Assembly (NCBI GenBank): GCA_036268295.1
Contig: DATAUK010000009.1
Coordinates: 1,625 to 65,624 of the forward strand
Direction: 5' to 3'
Length of the DNA: 64,000 bases
DNA from: Mycobacteriales bacterium
GTDB lineage: Bacteria > Actinomycetota > Actinomycetes > JAFAQI01
Position numbers and translations under genes: made by a program. Positions 55,477 through 64,000 of the stretch are shown one piece after another (position 1 is the stretch's first letter; the number at the start of each line of letters is the position of its first letter). The notes below the pieces were generated by a model, which did not search any database, was not told the DNA's origin, and worked only from the letters and a program-made list of their open reading frames with translations.

Positions 55477-56658
55477 GTGGACTTCCGCGACACCCCCGAC
55501 GAGGCGGCGTTCCGCGCCACGCTGCGCGAATGGCTGCGGGGAGCCCTGCCCGCCGACTGGACCAGCCGGCCGCCCGTGGTCGGTCGCTGGGACGAGACCC
55601 AGAGCCGGCAGTGGAGCCGCGCCCTCTACGACGCCGGGTACGTCGGGCTCACCTGGCCCGAGGAGTACGGCGGCGGCGGCGCGCCGCACACCCACCAGGG
55701 CATCTACCTCGAGGAGGCGGCGCGGATCGGTGCGCCGGATCACATCGGCGGGATCGGGCTCGGCATGGCCGGACCAACGATCATCGCCTGGGGTAGCGAC
55801 GAGCAGAAGAAACGGCACTTGACACCGCTGCTGTCCGGCGAGGAGATCTGGTGCCAGGGCTTCTCCGAGCCGGGCAGCGGCTCGGATCTCGCCGGCGCCA
55901 AGACCCGGGCCGTGCTCGACGGCGACGAGTGGGTCGTCAACGGCCAGAAGGTGTGGTCGAGTTGGGCGCACATCGCCGACTGGTGCATCCTCGTCGTGCG
56001 CACCGACCCCGAGGCCGAGAAGCATCGCGGCCTGTCCTACCTGCTCGTCGACATGCACTCCTCCGGCATCGAGGTCCGGCCGCTGAAGCAGATCACCGGC
56101 GACCCGGAGTTCAACGAGATCTTTTTCACCGACGTACGGGTCGCGCGCACCTCGATGCTCGGCCAGCCCGGTGACGGCTGGAACGTCGCGATGACCACCC
56201 TGCTGCACGAGCGCGGCACGCTGGGCTTCGCGCTGACCGCTCAGCTCGAGCGTTCGGTCAACCGGCTGATCCAGCTGGCCAAGACACCCGGTCCTGACGG
56301 CCGGCTTCCGTCCGACGACCCGGTGGTCCGCGACCAACTTGCTCAGCTCTGGATCGACTTGCAGGCGTTGCGATTCACCAACTACCGGTCGCTGACGGCG
56401 CTCCAGAAGACCGGCGTGCCGGGCCCGGAAGGCTCGGTCGCCAAGCTGCACTGGAGCGAGTCCAATCAGCGGCTGACGTCACTGGCCCAGTCACTGAACG
56501 GCCTCGCCGGCCAGCTCGACGGCGACGGCGGCGTGTGGGACGGCTACTGGGCCTACCTGCAGCTGCGCAGCCGCGGCAACACGATCGAGGCCGGCACTTC
56601 AGAGGTGCTCCGCAACATCATCGCCGAGCGCGTCGTCGGCCTTCCCCGTTCGCGATAG
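55477..56658 (+). CDS. acyl-CoA dehydrogenase
   Basis: GTG at 55477 with aggagg upstream. WPEEYGG, CQGFSEPGSGSDLA, NGQKVW.S.A and GT.E..RN.I. Confidence 0.88.
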   Translation: MDFRDTPDEAAFRATLREWLRGALPADWTSRPPVVGRWDETQSRQWSRALYDAGYVGLTWPEEYGGGGAPHTHQGIYLEEAARIGAPDHIGGIGLGMAGPTIIAWGSDEQKKRHLTPLLSGEEIWCQGFSEPGSGSDLAGAKTRAVLDGDEWVVNGQKVWSSWAHIADWCILVVRTDPEAEKHRGLSYLLVDMHSSGIEVRPLKQITGDPEFNEIFFTDVRVARTSMLGQPGDGWNVAMTTLLHERGTLGFALTAQLERSVNRLIQLAKTPGPDGRLPSDDPVVRDQLAQLWIDLQALRFTNYRSLTALQKTGVPGPEGSVAKLHWSESNQRLTSLAQSLNGLAGQLDGDGGVWDGYWAYLQLRSRGNTIEAGTSEVLRNIIAERVVGLPRSR

Positions 56659-56665
56659 GACCGCA

Positions 56666-57709
56666 ATGGACTTCGCGTTCTCCGAGGAGCAGGACTTGCT
56701 CCGGGCCGCCGCTCGTGACTACCTCGGCGATCGGTTTCCGGCCGAGCGGGTGATCGCGCTTGCCGACTCCGAGCCCGGCTGGGATCCCGCGACCTGGCGC
56801 GAGCTGGCCGACCTCGGCTGGCTCGACGCGGACCTGGGTCTGCTGGAGCACGCTGTCATCGCCGAGGAGACCGGCAACGCGCTGCTCCCGGCACCATGGT
56901 GGTCAACGCTCGGACTGGCGTGGCCGCTGCTCGACGATCAGTTGCGCGCGGCGGTCGGCACCGGCGAGCGCAGCGTCACGGTCGCCTGGGCCGAGCCAGG
57001 CGGTCCGGTGACGCTTGCCGACGCTGCCACGACCGGCGCCACAACAGCACACGCGAACGGCTCGCTGACCGGCCACAAGGTCCTGGTGCCCGACCTGACG
57101 TCGGTGACCGACGTGGTGGTCGTCGCAGCCGACGGGTTGTACGCCGTCGACCTCGCGGCCGATCCCAAGGTTGTGGTCCCGCGTTCGACGATGGATCTCA
57201 CTCGGCGGCTCGGCGAGCTGCACCTCGACGCCACACCGGCTCGCCGGCTCGATGTCCCGCTCGATGCGCTGGCCACGGCCCGTCGCCGGGCGCTGGCACT
57301 GCTGGCCTGTGAGTCGGTCGGCATTGCCCAGCGCGCGCTGGACCTGGTCGCGGCCTACACCAGCGAGCGCCAGCAATTCGGGCGCGTCATCGGCACCTAT
57401 CAGGGTGTCTCGCACCGGGTGGCCAACACTTTCGTTGCACTGCAGCTGGCCCGGTCGATGGCCTACTGGGCGGCATGGGCGGTCAGTGCCGAGGACCCGG
57501 ACGCCGACCTCGCGGTCGCCGGTGCCGCGTCGGCAGCCGGCGAAGGCGCGGTGTTTGCCTGCGAGCAGTCGATCCAGGGACACGGTGGCATCGGCTTCAC
57601 TTGGGAGCACGTCCTTCATCGCTACTACAAGCGGGCGCAGTGGAACAACGGCTTCGAGGGAACCGGCCGGGCCCACCGAGCCGCGATCGCCGACCGGATC
57701 CTGGCCTGA
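56666..57709 (+). CDS. acyl-CoA dehydrogenase family protein (second subunit-like)
   Basis: 347 aa, immediately downstream. RQQFGR.IG.YQ...H and GG.GFTWEH.LH.YYKRA. Confidence 0.8.
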   Translation: MDFAFSEEQDLLRAAARDYLGDRFPAERVIALADSEPGWDPATWRELADLGWLDADLGLLEHAVIAEETGNALLPAPWWSTLGLAWPLLDDQLRAAVGTGERSVTVAWAEPGGPVTLADAATTGATTAHANGSLTGHKVLVPDLTSVTDVVVVAADGLYAVDLAADPKVVVPRSTMDLTRRLGELHLDATPARRLDVPLDALATARRRALALLACESVGIAQRALDLVAAYTSERQQFGRVIGTYQGVSHRVANTFVALQLARSMAYWAAWAVSAEDPDADLAVAGAASAAGEGAVFACEQSIQGHGGIGFTWEHVLHRYYKRAQWNNGFEGTGRAHRAAIADRILA

Positions 57710-57723
57710 GCCGAGGCAGGACC

Positions 57724-59631
57724 CTAGCGCTTCTTCGGCTTTCGCTGGAGGCCGAGCCGCCTCGCCAGCCTGCGCACGCCGCGCTTAGACACCCGCTCGA
57801 GTCGTTGCAGGCCGCCGCCGGCGCGATCTAGGGCTGAGGGTGGCGCAGCGGCCTTGCCGCCGGCAGTGCGGCTCGCCAGCATCGCGCCGATCACTGGCGG
57901 CGCGAGCTCGGCTGACCGCTGCCGGGCAACGGCGCCACCTGCGATGAGGACGACTCGATAGTCGGTCGGCTGACCGAGCTTGGGAATCTCGGCCTTGATC
58001 GTCACGACCAGGTCACCTGCCGACGTCACGATTACGTCACGGGGCGTCCGTAGCGCGACGGTGAGCTTGCCTCGCCACGATGCTTCCATCGGCACCACGT
58101 TGACGATCAGGTGCTTGTTTCCCTTTGCCAGCAGGCGGGTGGTGGCGATCCGACGCACCGGCAACACCAATGCTCGCGGCGAGAGCACCGGGCGGGCCCC
58201 GGCGGCGGCCTTCGGCATCGCGGCACGAGAGACTCCGAATGCTTCGAGGCGCAGCGCCACATCCCAGCCGCCGACTCCCAGCGGGCGCCCGCCGCCGGCA
58301 GTCGTCGGGTCGATCGGCACCGTGCCCTGGAAGACGATTCGCGAGGCGCCGTCAGGGTCGCCCTCGATCTTGACGAAGCTGGACTCGACCGCGGCCTCGA
58401 CGTACCACTCGACATCGTTCATCCGGTTGCGCACCGTCACGTCGACGCTGCCGCCGCGAACCTGGTGGGTCGAGTACGGACCAGCGTCGAGGTCTGGCGG
58501 GATCAGCCGGGGATCCACCCGCCAACCGCCGTCGACCGCGATCAGGCGGATCGGCGAGCCGTCGGCGTGCAGGATCTCGGCGCTGACCTCGGCAACCCAC
58601 CCGGTGCCCGACCAGCTGAGATCCCGCAGCTCGGCCCGTGCGATCGGTGCCGCGCTGCTCGCCGCGACCGCGATCAGCTGGTCCATGCGGTCCGTGACGA
58701 TGGCCTGGGCGTGGGCGCGCGGCACAATCGCGAGCCGGGTGTGGAAGTCGGCCGGGAACCGCTCGAGCGCGATCCGCCGGACCTCGTCGAAGATCGCCTG
58801 CCGCGACTCATCGGTCCAGCGATTGATCCGCTTGCCGGCCAGCCGGCTGAGCATCTCGCCCGCATACGGCCGCTTGAGCAGCGTGTCGCGCAGCTCACCG
58901 GGCTCGGTGTGCGCCTCGATGACGTCGATGACTTCCTCGACGTACTGGTAGTAGTACTTCGCGTCCCACTTCTCGAACGCGGCGTTACCCTCATCGTCGC
59001 GACGCACCCGGTGATAGCAGGGGTAGTCCGACAGCACCGAGATGACGTCGGCGGCGAGGAATGCCTCGACGACGAAGACATGATCCTCGAGCCGCCGCTT
59101 GCCTTCCGGAAAGCGGAGCCGTGCGTCGTTGAGGAACTGCCGCCGCAGCATCTTGTGCGGAGTCAGGCTGGTCATCAGCCGGTCCTGCCCGAGCACGGCC
59201 CGATCGATGTTGTTGCGGAACAGCGTGTGCGGCGCCCGGCGCTTGTGCCCGACCATCTTCGGGATCAGCAGGTCGGCACGGGTACGCCGAGCCATCGCGA
59301 CCATCCGCTCGAGCGCCTTCGGGCTGAGGTAGTCGTCGTGGTCGTGGAAGAACACGTAGTCACCGCGCGCCGTCTCGATGCCGACGTTGCGTGGCTTGCC
59401 CGGCCAGCCGGAGTTCGGCTGGTGGATCACCTGCACGTCCGGGTGCTCGGCAGCGAGCCGGTCAAGCCGCTCGGGGGTCTCGTCGGTCGAGCCGTCATCG
59501 ACGAAGATGATCTCGCGTCGATCCGCCGGCATGGTCTGGCTGAGATAGCCGTCGATGCAGGTCTCGATGTATTTACCGGGGTTGTAGACGGGCACCACAA
59601 CGCTGACATCGATGCTCATCGCGTCATCCAC
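57724..59631 (-). CDS. family 2 glycosyltransferase with ~400-aa C-terminal extension
   Basis: VSVVVPVYN, FVDDGSTD, GKPRN.G and DHDD (DxD) lie in the first ~230 aa. The remainder is unrecognised and ends in a polybasic tail RRLARRLGLQRKPKKR. Confidence 0.85.
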   Translation of the reverse strand: MDDAMSIDVSVVVPVYNPGKYIETCIDGYLSQTMPADRREIIFVDDGSTDETPERLDRLAAEHPDVQVIHQPNSGWPGKPRNVGIETARGDYVFFHDHDDYLSPKALERMVAMARRTRADLLIPKMVGHKRRAPHTLFRNNIDRAVLGQDRLMTSLTPHKMLRRQFLNDARLRFPEGKRRLEDHVFVVEAFLAADVISVLSDYPCYHRVRRDDEGNAAFEKWDAKYYYQYVEEVIDVIEAHTEPGELRDTLLKRPYAGEMLSRLAGKRINRWTDESRQAIFDEVRRIALERFPADFHTRLAIVPRAHAQAIVTDRMDQLIAVAASSAAPIARAELRDLSWSGTGWVAEVSAEILHADGSPIRLIAVDGGWRVDPRLIPPDLDAGPYSTHQVRGGSVDVTVRNRMNDVEWYVEAAVESSFVKIEGDPDGASRIVFQGTVPIDPTTAGGGRPLGVGGWDVALRLEAFGVSRAAMPKAAAGARPVLSPRALVLPVRRIATTRLLAKGNKHLIVNVVPMEASWRGKLTVALRTPRDVIVTSAGDLVVTIKAEIPKLGQPTDYRVVLIAGGAVARQRSAELAPPVIGAMLASRTAGGKAAAPPSALDRAGGGLQRLERVSKRGVRRLARRLGLQRKPKKR

Positions 59632-59646
59632 GCTAGTACGGCGATG

Positions 59647-61224
59647 TCAGCTGCTCGGCGTGGTACGGATCAGGTCGACGGCCTTCTCGGCGATCATGAT
59701 CACCGGCGCGTTGGTGTTGCCGCGGGTGACCTTCGGCATGACCGAGGCATCCGCGACCCGTAGCGCGGCAATCCCGCGGACCCGCAGCTGCGGATCGCAG
59801 ACCGCGTCCGCGCTCGAGCCCATCGCCGCCGTCGAGGTGGGGTGGTAGATGGTCTCGCTGCGGGCGCGGATATAGCCGCGGAGCGCGTCTTCGCTGGTGT
59901 CGCCAGGAGCGGGAAGGAACCGCTCGCCGACGTACGGCGCCAGCGCCGGCTGGGCGGCGATGTCGAAGCAGACCTTGAGACCGGCGAGCATCCGGTCAAG
60001 GTCTGATTGCTCGGCATAGTAGTTGGCGCGGATCACGGGCTTCGCGGTCGGATCGGCGGATCGCAGCGTGATGCTCCCCCGGCTCTGCGGCGTCAGAAGG
60101 TAAGGCCCGAGAGTTATGCCGTGCCCGGGCGGGTCGGTGAAGCCATGGCTGATGAAGATCGCCGGTGCGAACAGCAGCTGGATGTCGGGCGCCTCGATGC
60201 CGGCGTCGGTGCGGATGAAGCCGCCCGCCTCGGCGACGGTTGACGCGAACGGGCCGCGGTGGCGAAGCAGGTAGTTGGCGATGTGCTTTGGATTCTTATC
60301 GGCGCCGAACATCGTCACCGGCTGCGGTGTGTGCCAGCAGGCGCCGAGCGCGACGTGATCCTGCAGGCCCCGGCCGACGTTCGGGGAGTCGAGTGCGACG
60401 TCGATGTCGAGAGCAGCGAGCTCCTCGGCGGGACCGATGCCGGAGAGCAGGAGCAGCTGCGGCGTGCCGACCGCACCGCCGGCGAGGATGACCTCGCGGT
60501 CGGCCTGGAAGATCTGCCGCTTGCCGTCGACGACCGCCTCGACCCCGACCGCCCGGCCGCGCTCGATGACCACCCGGGTGGCAAGTGCACCGGTGACGAC
60601 CGAGAGGTTCGACCGGCTCATTGCGGGCTTGAGGAATGCGGTCGCCGTCGAGCAGCGCCGGCCGGCGCGTTGGGTGGCCTGGTAGATCCCGATGCCGTCC
60701 TGGGTCTCGCCGTTGAAGTCCTCGTTGCTCGGCAACCCTGCCTGCGCGGCGGCCTCGACGTAGGCATGGGAGATCGGATGCGGCGAGCGCTGGTCGCTGA
60801 CGGTCAGCGGACCGCTGGCGTTGTGAAGCGCTGAGGCACCGCGCTGGTTGCCCTCCGATCGCAGGAAGTACGGCAGTACGTCCTCGAAGCCCCAACCTTC
60901 GCAGCCGGCGTCGCGCCACTCGTCGTAGTCCAGCCGGTTGCCACGGATGTAGATCATCGCGTTGATCGACGAGGATCCGCCTAGCACCTTGCCGCGGGGC
61001 CAGTACATCTCCCGGCCGTCGCATTCCGGCTCCGGCTCGGTGGCGAAGTCCCAGTCGTCCTTGGTACGGAACGTCTCGCCGAACGCGGCCGGCGTGGAGA
61101 TGTTGCGGGAACTATCCGCGCCGCCCGCCTCGAGCAACGTGACCGAGATGCCGGGTTGTTCGGTGAGCCTCGCCGCCAGGACGCAACCGGCGGACCCCGC
61201 CCCGACGATCACGTAGTGCGCCAT
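59647..61224 (-). CDS. GMC-family oxidoreductase (choline-dehydrogenase-like)
   Basis: YVIVGAGSAGCVLA.RL, GK.LGGSS.IN.M.Y.RG, GP..L..SGIGP and H...T..MG. Confidence 0.9.
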   Translation of the reverse strand: MAHYVIVGAGSAGCVLAARLTEQPGISVTLLEAGGADSSRNISTPAAFGETFRTKDDWDFATEPEPECDGREMYWPRGKVLGGSSSINAMIYIRGNRLDYDEWRDAGCEGWGFEDVLPYFLRSEGNQRGASALHNASGPLTVSDQRSPHPISHAYVEAAAQAGLPSNEDFNGETQDGIGIYQATQRAGRRCSTATAFLKPAMSRSNLSVVTGALATRVVIERGRAVGVEAVVDGKRQIFQADREVILAGGAVGTPQLLLLSGIGPAEELAALDIDVALDSPNVGRGLQDHVALGACWHTPQPVTMFGADKNPKHIANYLLRHRGPFASTVAEAGGFIRTDAGIEAPDIQLLFAPAIFISHGFTDPPGHGITLGPYLLTPQSRGSITLRSADPTAKPVIRANYYAEQSDLDRMLAGLKVCFDIAAQPALAPYVGERFLPAPGDTSEDALRGYIRARSETIYHPTSTAAMGSSADAVCDPQLRVRGIAALRVADASVMPKVTRGNTNAPVIMIAEKAVDLIRTTPSS

Positions 61225-61282
61225 GCCGACAGCCTCGCATCGACCGGGTCACTTGTCCTCGCTGGGCTTGGGCGCTCGGCGT

Positions 61283-61385
61283 TAAAACTCAAAAGCGGCT
61301 GATGACGGTGGCTCGGCAATGGCGCCCGGTTTGTTGCCGTCCTCCCGTTCTGCTGCCCGACCACTGGGGTCCCCCACCTAGCCGC
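61283..61385 (-). other. branched RNA structure ending in a U-run (terminator or leader element)
   Basis: On the minus-strand RNA, gcggcu pairs with agccgc as a closing helix (plus-strand coordinates 61380-61385 and 61295-61300). ggugg pairs with ccacc just inside, and cggcaa pairs with uugccg as an inner stem. The structure is followed by uuuugaguuuu. Confidence 0.45.
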
Positions 61386-61408
61386 ATTTCCTTTTTAACT
61401 TCGCAGAC

Positions 61409-62575
61409 TCACGCGTAGCGGTTGGCGATGGTGATGACCTCGCGGACGTACCACCAGGCGTGGTTGTAGGAGAAGACCGCGTCATCCAGCGACATCCCGC
61501 CGCGCCCGGCACCGGCGGCGCACAGGTAGCGGGCGGCCGAGAAGACGGCATCGGTCGGGTCGTTGATGTTGGCCTTGCCGTCGCCATCGGCGTCATAGCC
61601 GTACATCGACCACGTCGAGGGCAGGAACTGCATCGGGCCCTCGGCGCCGGCGGTCGACTTGTGGACGTCGCGGCCGTTTCCGGTCTCCACCGTGCCGATG
61701 CCGGCCAGCACGGTCCACGGCAGGCCGGGGCAGGTGACCGCGGCGCGGCGATAGAGGCTCAGATAGCCGGCCGGGATGGTCTCGGTGGCATAGCTGCTCG
61801 ATATCGACTGGTTGACCGGGGTCGCACGGGTCACATCGAGATGCGCCTTGGCGCCGAACGCCTTGTGCAACTCGCCGGTCAGGGCGTCGATCGGGACCTT
61901 GGGCGCTGCCACCAGCGCGACCCGATCCGGCGCAAGGCCGAGCACGCGGCCGGCCGGCTCCGAGAGCAGCGCCTGGGTGCCGTTGAGCCCGATCGTGGCG
62001 AAGGCGCCGATCCGCAGCGGTGCCACCTTCCCGCCATACCCGTCGGCGGCGTACGTCGCGCCGAGGCGGTGCCGCAGCCGGCGACTGTGGGCATACCCAA
62101 CAGTCAGCTCACCCCGGGCCACCGACGTCCAGAGCGGCGTCGATGTCGCGGTGAGCTTGGGGGTGAAGCCGCGAATCGTCGACAGCGGCACACCGAGCAC
62201 GTGCAACCGGACGCCGTGCAGCGCGACACTGCCGCGATCGGCGAGCACCACCCGACGGACGCCTGGGCGCTTGCGCAGTCGCTGAACCGCCCGCAGCGAT
62301 GCCGGCCGGGTCATCGTGACGATCACATCCGGCGGGGTGAGCTTGTGCAGTGGCGGCACCCGCAGCACAGCCGGTGTGATGACCGGTGACGGCGTGAGGC
62401 TCGATGCCGGTTGACCGGTCGGTGCACCACCGAGCGCGGCAACCGACGACGCGGCGGCGGCCCGGCCGCTGGCAGAGTGTGACAGCTCGACCGCAACACC
62501 GACGCCGACCCCGCCCACCGCGACCAGCGTCGCGGCGACGTAAGCCACCGTCTTCGCGGTTCGGGCGGTGGGCAT
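61409..62575 (-). CDS. membrane-anchored lytic transglycosylase (SLT domain) protein
   Basis: N-terminal TM, then the C-terminal LAGIGTVETGNG...GPMQFLPSTW..YG.D..GDG...I.DP.DA..SAA.YL. Confidence 0.85.
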   Translation of the reverse strand: MPTARTAKTVAYVAATLVAVGGVGVGVAVELSHSASGRAAAASSVAALGGAPTGQPASSLTPSPVITPAVLRVPPLHKLTPPDVIVTMTRPASLRAVQRLRKRPGVRRVVLADRGSVALHGVRLHVLGVPLSTIRGFTPKLTATSTPLWTSVARGELTVGYAHSRRLRHRLGATYAADGYGGKVAPLRIGAFATIGLNGTQALLSEPAGRVLGLAPDRVALVAAPKVPIDALTGELHKAFGAKAHLDVTRATPVNQSISSSYATETIPAGYLSLYRRAAVTCPGLPWTVLAGIGTVETGNGRDVHKSTAGAEGPMQFLPSTWSMYGYDADGDGKANINDPTDAVFSAARYLCAAGAGRGGMSLDDAVFSYNHAWWYVREVITIANRYA

Positions 62576-62628
62576 CCCGGCCTCCGTCGGTTGATCGAGC
62601 TCGGCCTGCTGTCTGGTCTAACGCGCCG

Positions 62629-63369
62629 TCAGCGCTGCGGTGACGGCCCGTCCGCCTTGGAGACCACCAACAGGTCGTGCAGTCGGTCGAACAGGACCGG
62701 GTTGGCGGCCAGCGTGGTGTGCCGTCCAGGCGGGCGGCCTTCCAGCCCGTCGACCCGAGCTCCTGCCTCGCGGGCGATGAGCGCACCTGCCGCCCAGTCC
62801 CACTTGTGCATGCCGCTTTCGAAGAAGGCATCCACCTGTCCCGAGGCTACCGCGCACAGATCGAGCGCCGCCGAGCCGTGACGCCGGATGTCCCGTACCG
62901 CGGGAAGCACCCGCACCATCGACCGAGCCTGCACCGACCGGAGCTCGATGTCGTAGCCGAACCCGGTGGCGAGCAGCGTCTGGGCCAGGTCGGTCTCCGA
63001 CGTACAGCTGATCGGCTCGCCGTCCCGGGTCGCACCGCCGCCGCAGGTCGCCGAGTAGATGATCCGATGCTCGACATCGAGGACAACGCCGGCGGCGAGC
63101 ACACCGTCGACCTCGGCAGCGATCGAGACGGAGTACTCCGGGATGCCGTAGAGGTAGTTCACGGTTCCGTCGAGCGGGTCGACCAGCCAGGTGACCCCGG
63201 TGGCGCCGGACGATGCCGCGCTCTCCTCGCTGATCACCGCGTCGTCCGGGCGGGTGCGGGCGAGGCCGGTGAGGATGACCTGCTCGGCGGCGCGGTCCAT
63301 GACCGTGACGACATCGGTCGGCGTGGACTTCGTCGTAACGCCGAGGTCGGTCGGGCGCGCCCGGAGCAC
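62629..63369 (-). CDS. suhB: inositol monophosphatase family protein (true start probably upstream, possibly CTG 63435)
   Basis: ISEES, WLVDPLDGT.N and AAG.LIA.EAG match the family. The syntenic position resembles suhB of M. tuberculosis. The in-frame upstream codons encode a helix typical of the family N-terminus. Confidence 0.85.
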   Translation of the reverse strand: MLRARPTDLGVTTKSTPTDVVTVMDRAAEQVILTGLARTRPDDAVISEESAASSGATGVTWLVDPLDGTVNYLYGIPEYSVSIAAEVDGVLAAGVVLDVEHRIIYSATCGGGATRDGEPISCTSETDLAQTLLATGFGYDIELRSVQARSMVRVLPAVRDIRRHGSAALDLCAVASGQVDAFFESGMHKWDWAAGALIAREAGARVDGLEGRPPGRHTTLAANPVLFDRLHDLLVVSKADGPSPQR

Positions 63370-63431
63370 TTCTCCGGCCGCCTGTGCGAGCGATCGCGCC
63401 AGCCCGACCAGATCGGCGGCCAGCGCCTCGC

Positions 63432-64000
63432 TCAGCTGGTCCTGCGCCGTCTCAGCGCCCAGGCGAGGACACCGACGCCGGCAGCGGCACCGGTCGCGCT
63501 GGCGGCCGGCAACGCCGCCTTGCGCAACGTGGACGAGCTCGCTGCGGAGGTCCCAGTTTCGGCGACGTACGCCGCGGACTCAGCACCGTCGGCGGTCTGT
63601 TGCGGATGCTTGATCGGGTTGGACCCGCCAGGGCGTACCGGCCCGACCTTGGTCCGAGCCGGCTCCTTGCGCATCCCGATCTTCGAGCCGAGGAACAGGA
63701 TCGGGTCGTACTTCGTGTCGATCACCCGCTCCTTCAACGGGATGATCCCGTTGTCGGTGATGTGGATGTTCTCGGGACAGACCTCGGTGCAGCACTTGGT
63801 GATGTTGCAGTAGCCGAGCCCTTCCTGCTCCTGCACCATCTGCTTGCGGTCAACGGTGTCGAGCGGGTGCATGTCGAGCTCGGCGTAGCGAATGAAGAAC
63901 CGCGGCCCGGCGAAGTTGGGCTTGTTCTCCTCGTGGTCACGGATGACGTGGCAGGTGTTCTGGCACAGGAAGCATTCGATGCACTTGCGGAACTCCTGGC
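63432..64000 (-). CDS. sdhB: succinate dehydrogenase/fumarate reductase iron-sulfur subunit (N-terminus outside window) with C-terminal extension
   Basis: FRKCIECFLCQNTCHV and YCNITKCCTEVCPENI are the Fe-S cluster motifs. KERVIDTKYDPILFLGSKI is the usual C-terminus, but the ORF continues about 75 aa further. Confidence 0.85.
   Translation of the reverse strand, partial: QEFRKCIECFLCQNTCHVIRDHEENKPNFAGPRFFIRYAELDMHPLDTVDRKQMVQEQEGLGYCNITKCCTEVCPENIHITDNGIIPLKERVIDTKYDPILFLGSKIGMRKEPARTKVGPVRPGGSNPIKHPQQTADGAESAAYVAETGTSAASSSTLRKAALPAASATGAAAGVGVLAWALRRRRTS

Noticed and set aside
58111-59763. 550-aa plus-strand ORF
   Set aside because: It is antisense to the GT2 gene and Arg/Asp/Gly-rich.
62576-62628. 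c-di-AMP (ydaO-type) riboswitch upstream of the lytic transglycosylase gene
   Set aside because: Cell-wall hydrolase genes in actinobacteria often carry this leader. Here only 53 nt separate the gene from the upstream IMPase stop, too short for the element, and no conserved motif was seen.

Overview
Very GC-rich actinobacterial chromosomal segment, read by eye with no searches run. It has two parts. (1) nt 1 to ~16,200 looks accessory and partly decayed. It holds two head-to-tail IS110-family copies (one frameshifted), an IS5-family remnant, a VOC/glyoxalase remnant and an ORF broken by an in-frame TAG. It also holds two convergent RidA paralogues, a PAS-GGDEF cyclase, a small HTH gene behind a phased array of TTGACAA heptamers, an ArsR-SRPBCC pair and a run of exported proteins of unknown function. 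(2) nt ~16,200 to 64,000 is conserved actinobacterial core. From memory its order matches the Mycobacterium tuberculosis Rv2676c-Rv2701c neighbourhood: hemQ, hemY, hemE, DUF3000, rnd, dxs, RNA methyltransferase, APC permease, two trkA genes, OB-fold, DUF3710, dut, DUF3093 and later suhB. This core is interrupted by lineage-specific blocks: LigC plus a stand-alone LigD-type polymerase; an S8 peptidase / membrane GAF protein / histidine kinase operon with a divergent NarL-type regulator; an ECF sigma factor with a META-domain membrane partner; and a fatty-acid/ACAD/GT2/GMC block. I saw no rRNA, tRNA or CRISPR array. I did not recognise a complete novel multi-gene system such as a defence island. 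The most interesting unexplained signals are: the non-coding left end of the intact IS110 element (a possible bridge RNA); the heptamer array and HTH module at ~9.4-10.3 kb; a 350-nt structured non-coding tract between ligC and a small membrane-protein gene; the protease-linked two-component cluster; two CTGA stop/start junctions implying CTG-initiated coupled translation; and a tail-anchor-like extension on SdhB. Many long ORFs in the track are antisense GC-frame artefacts and were rejected.
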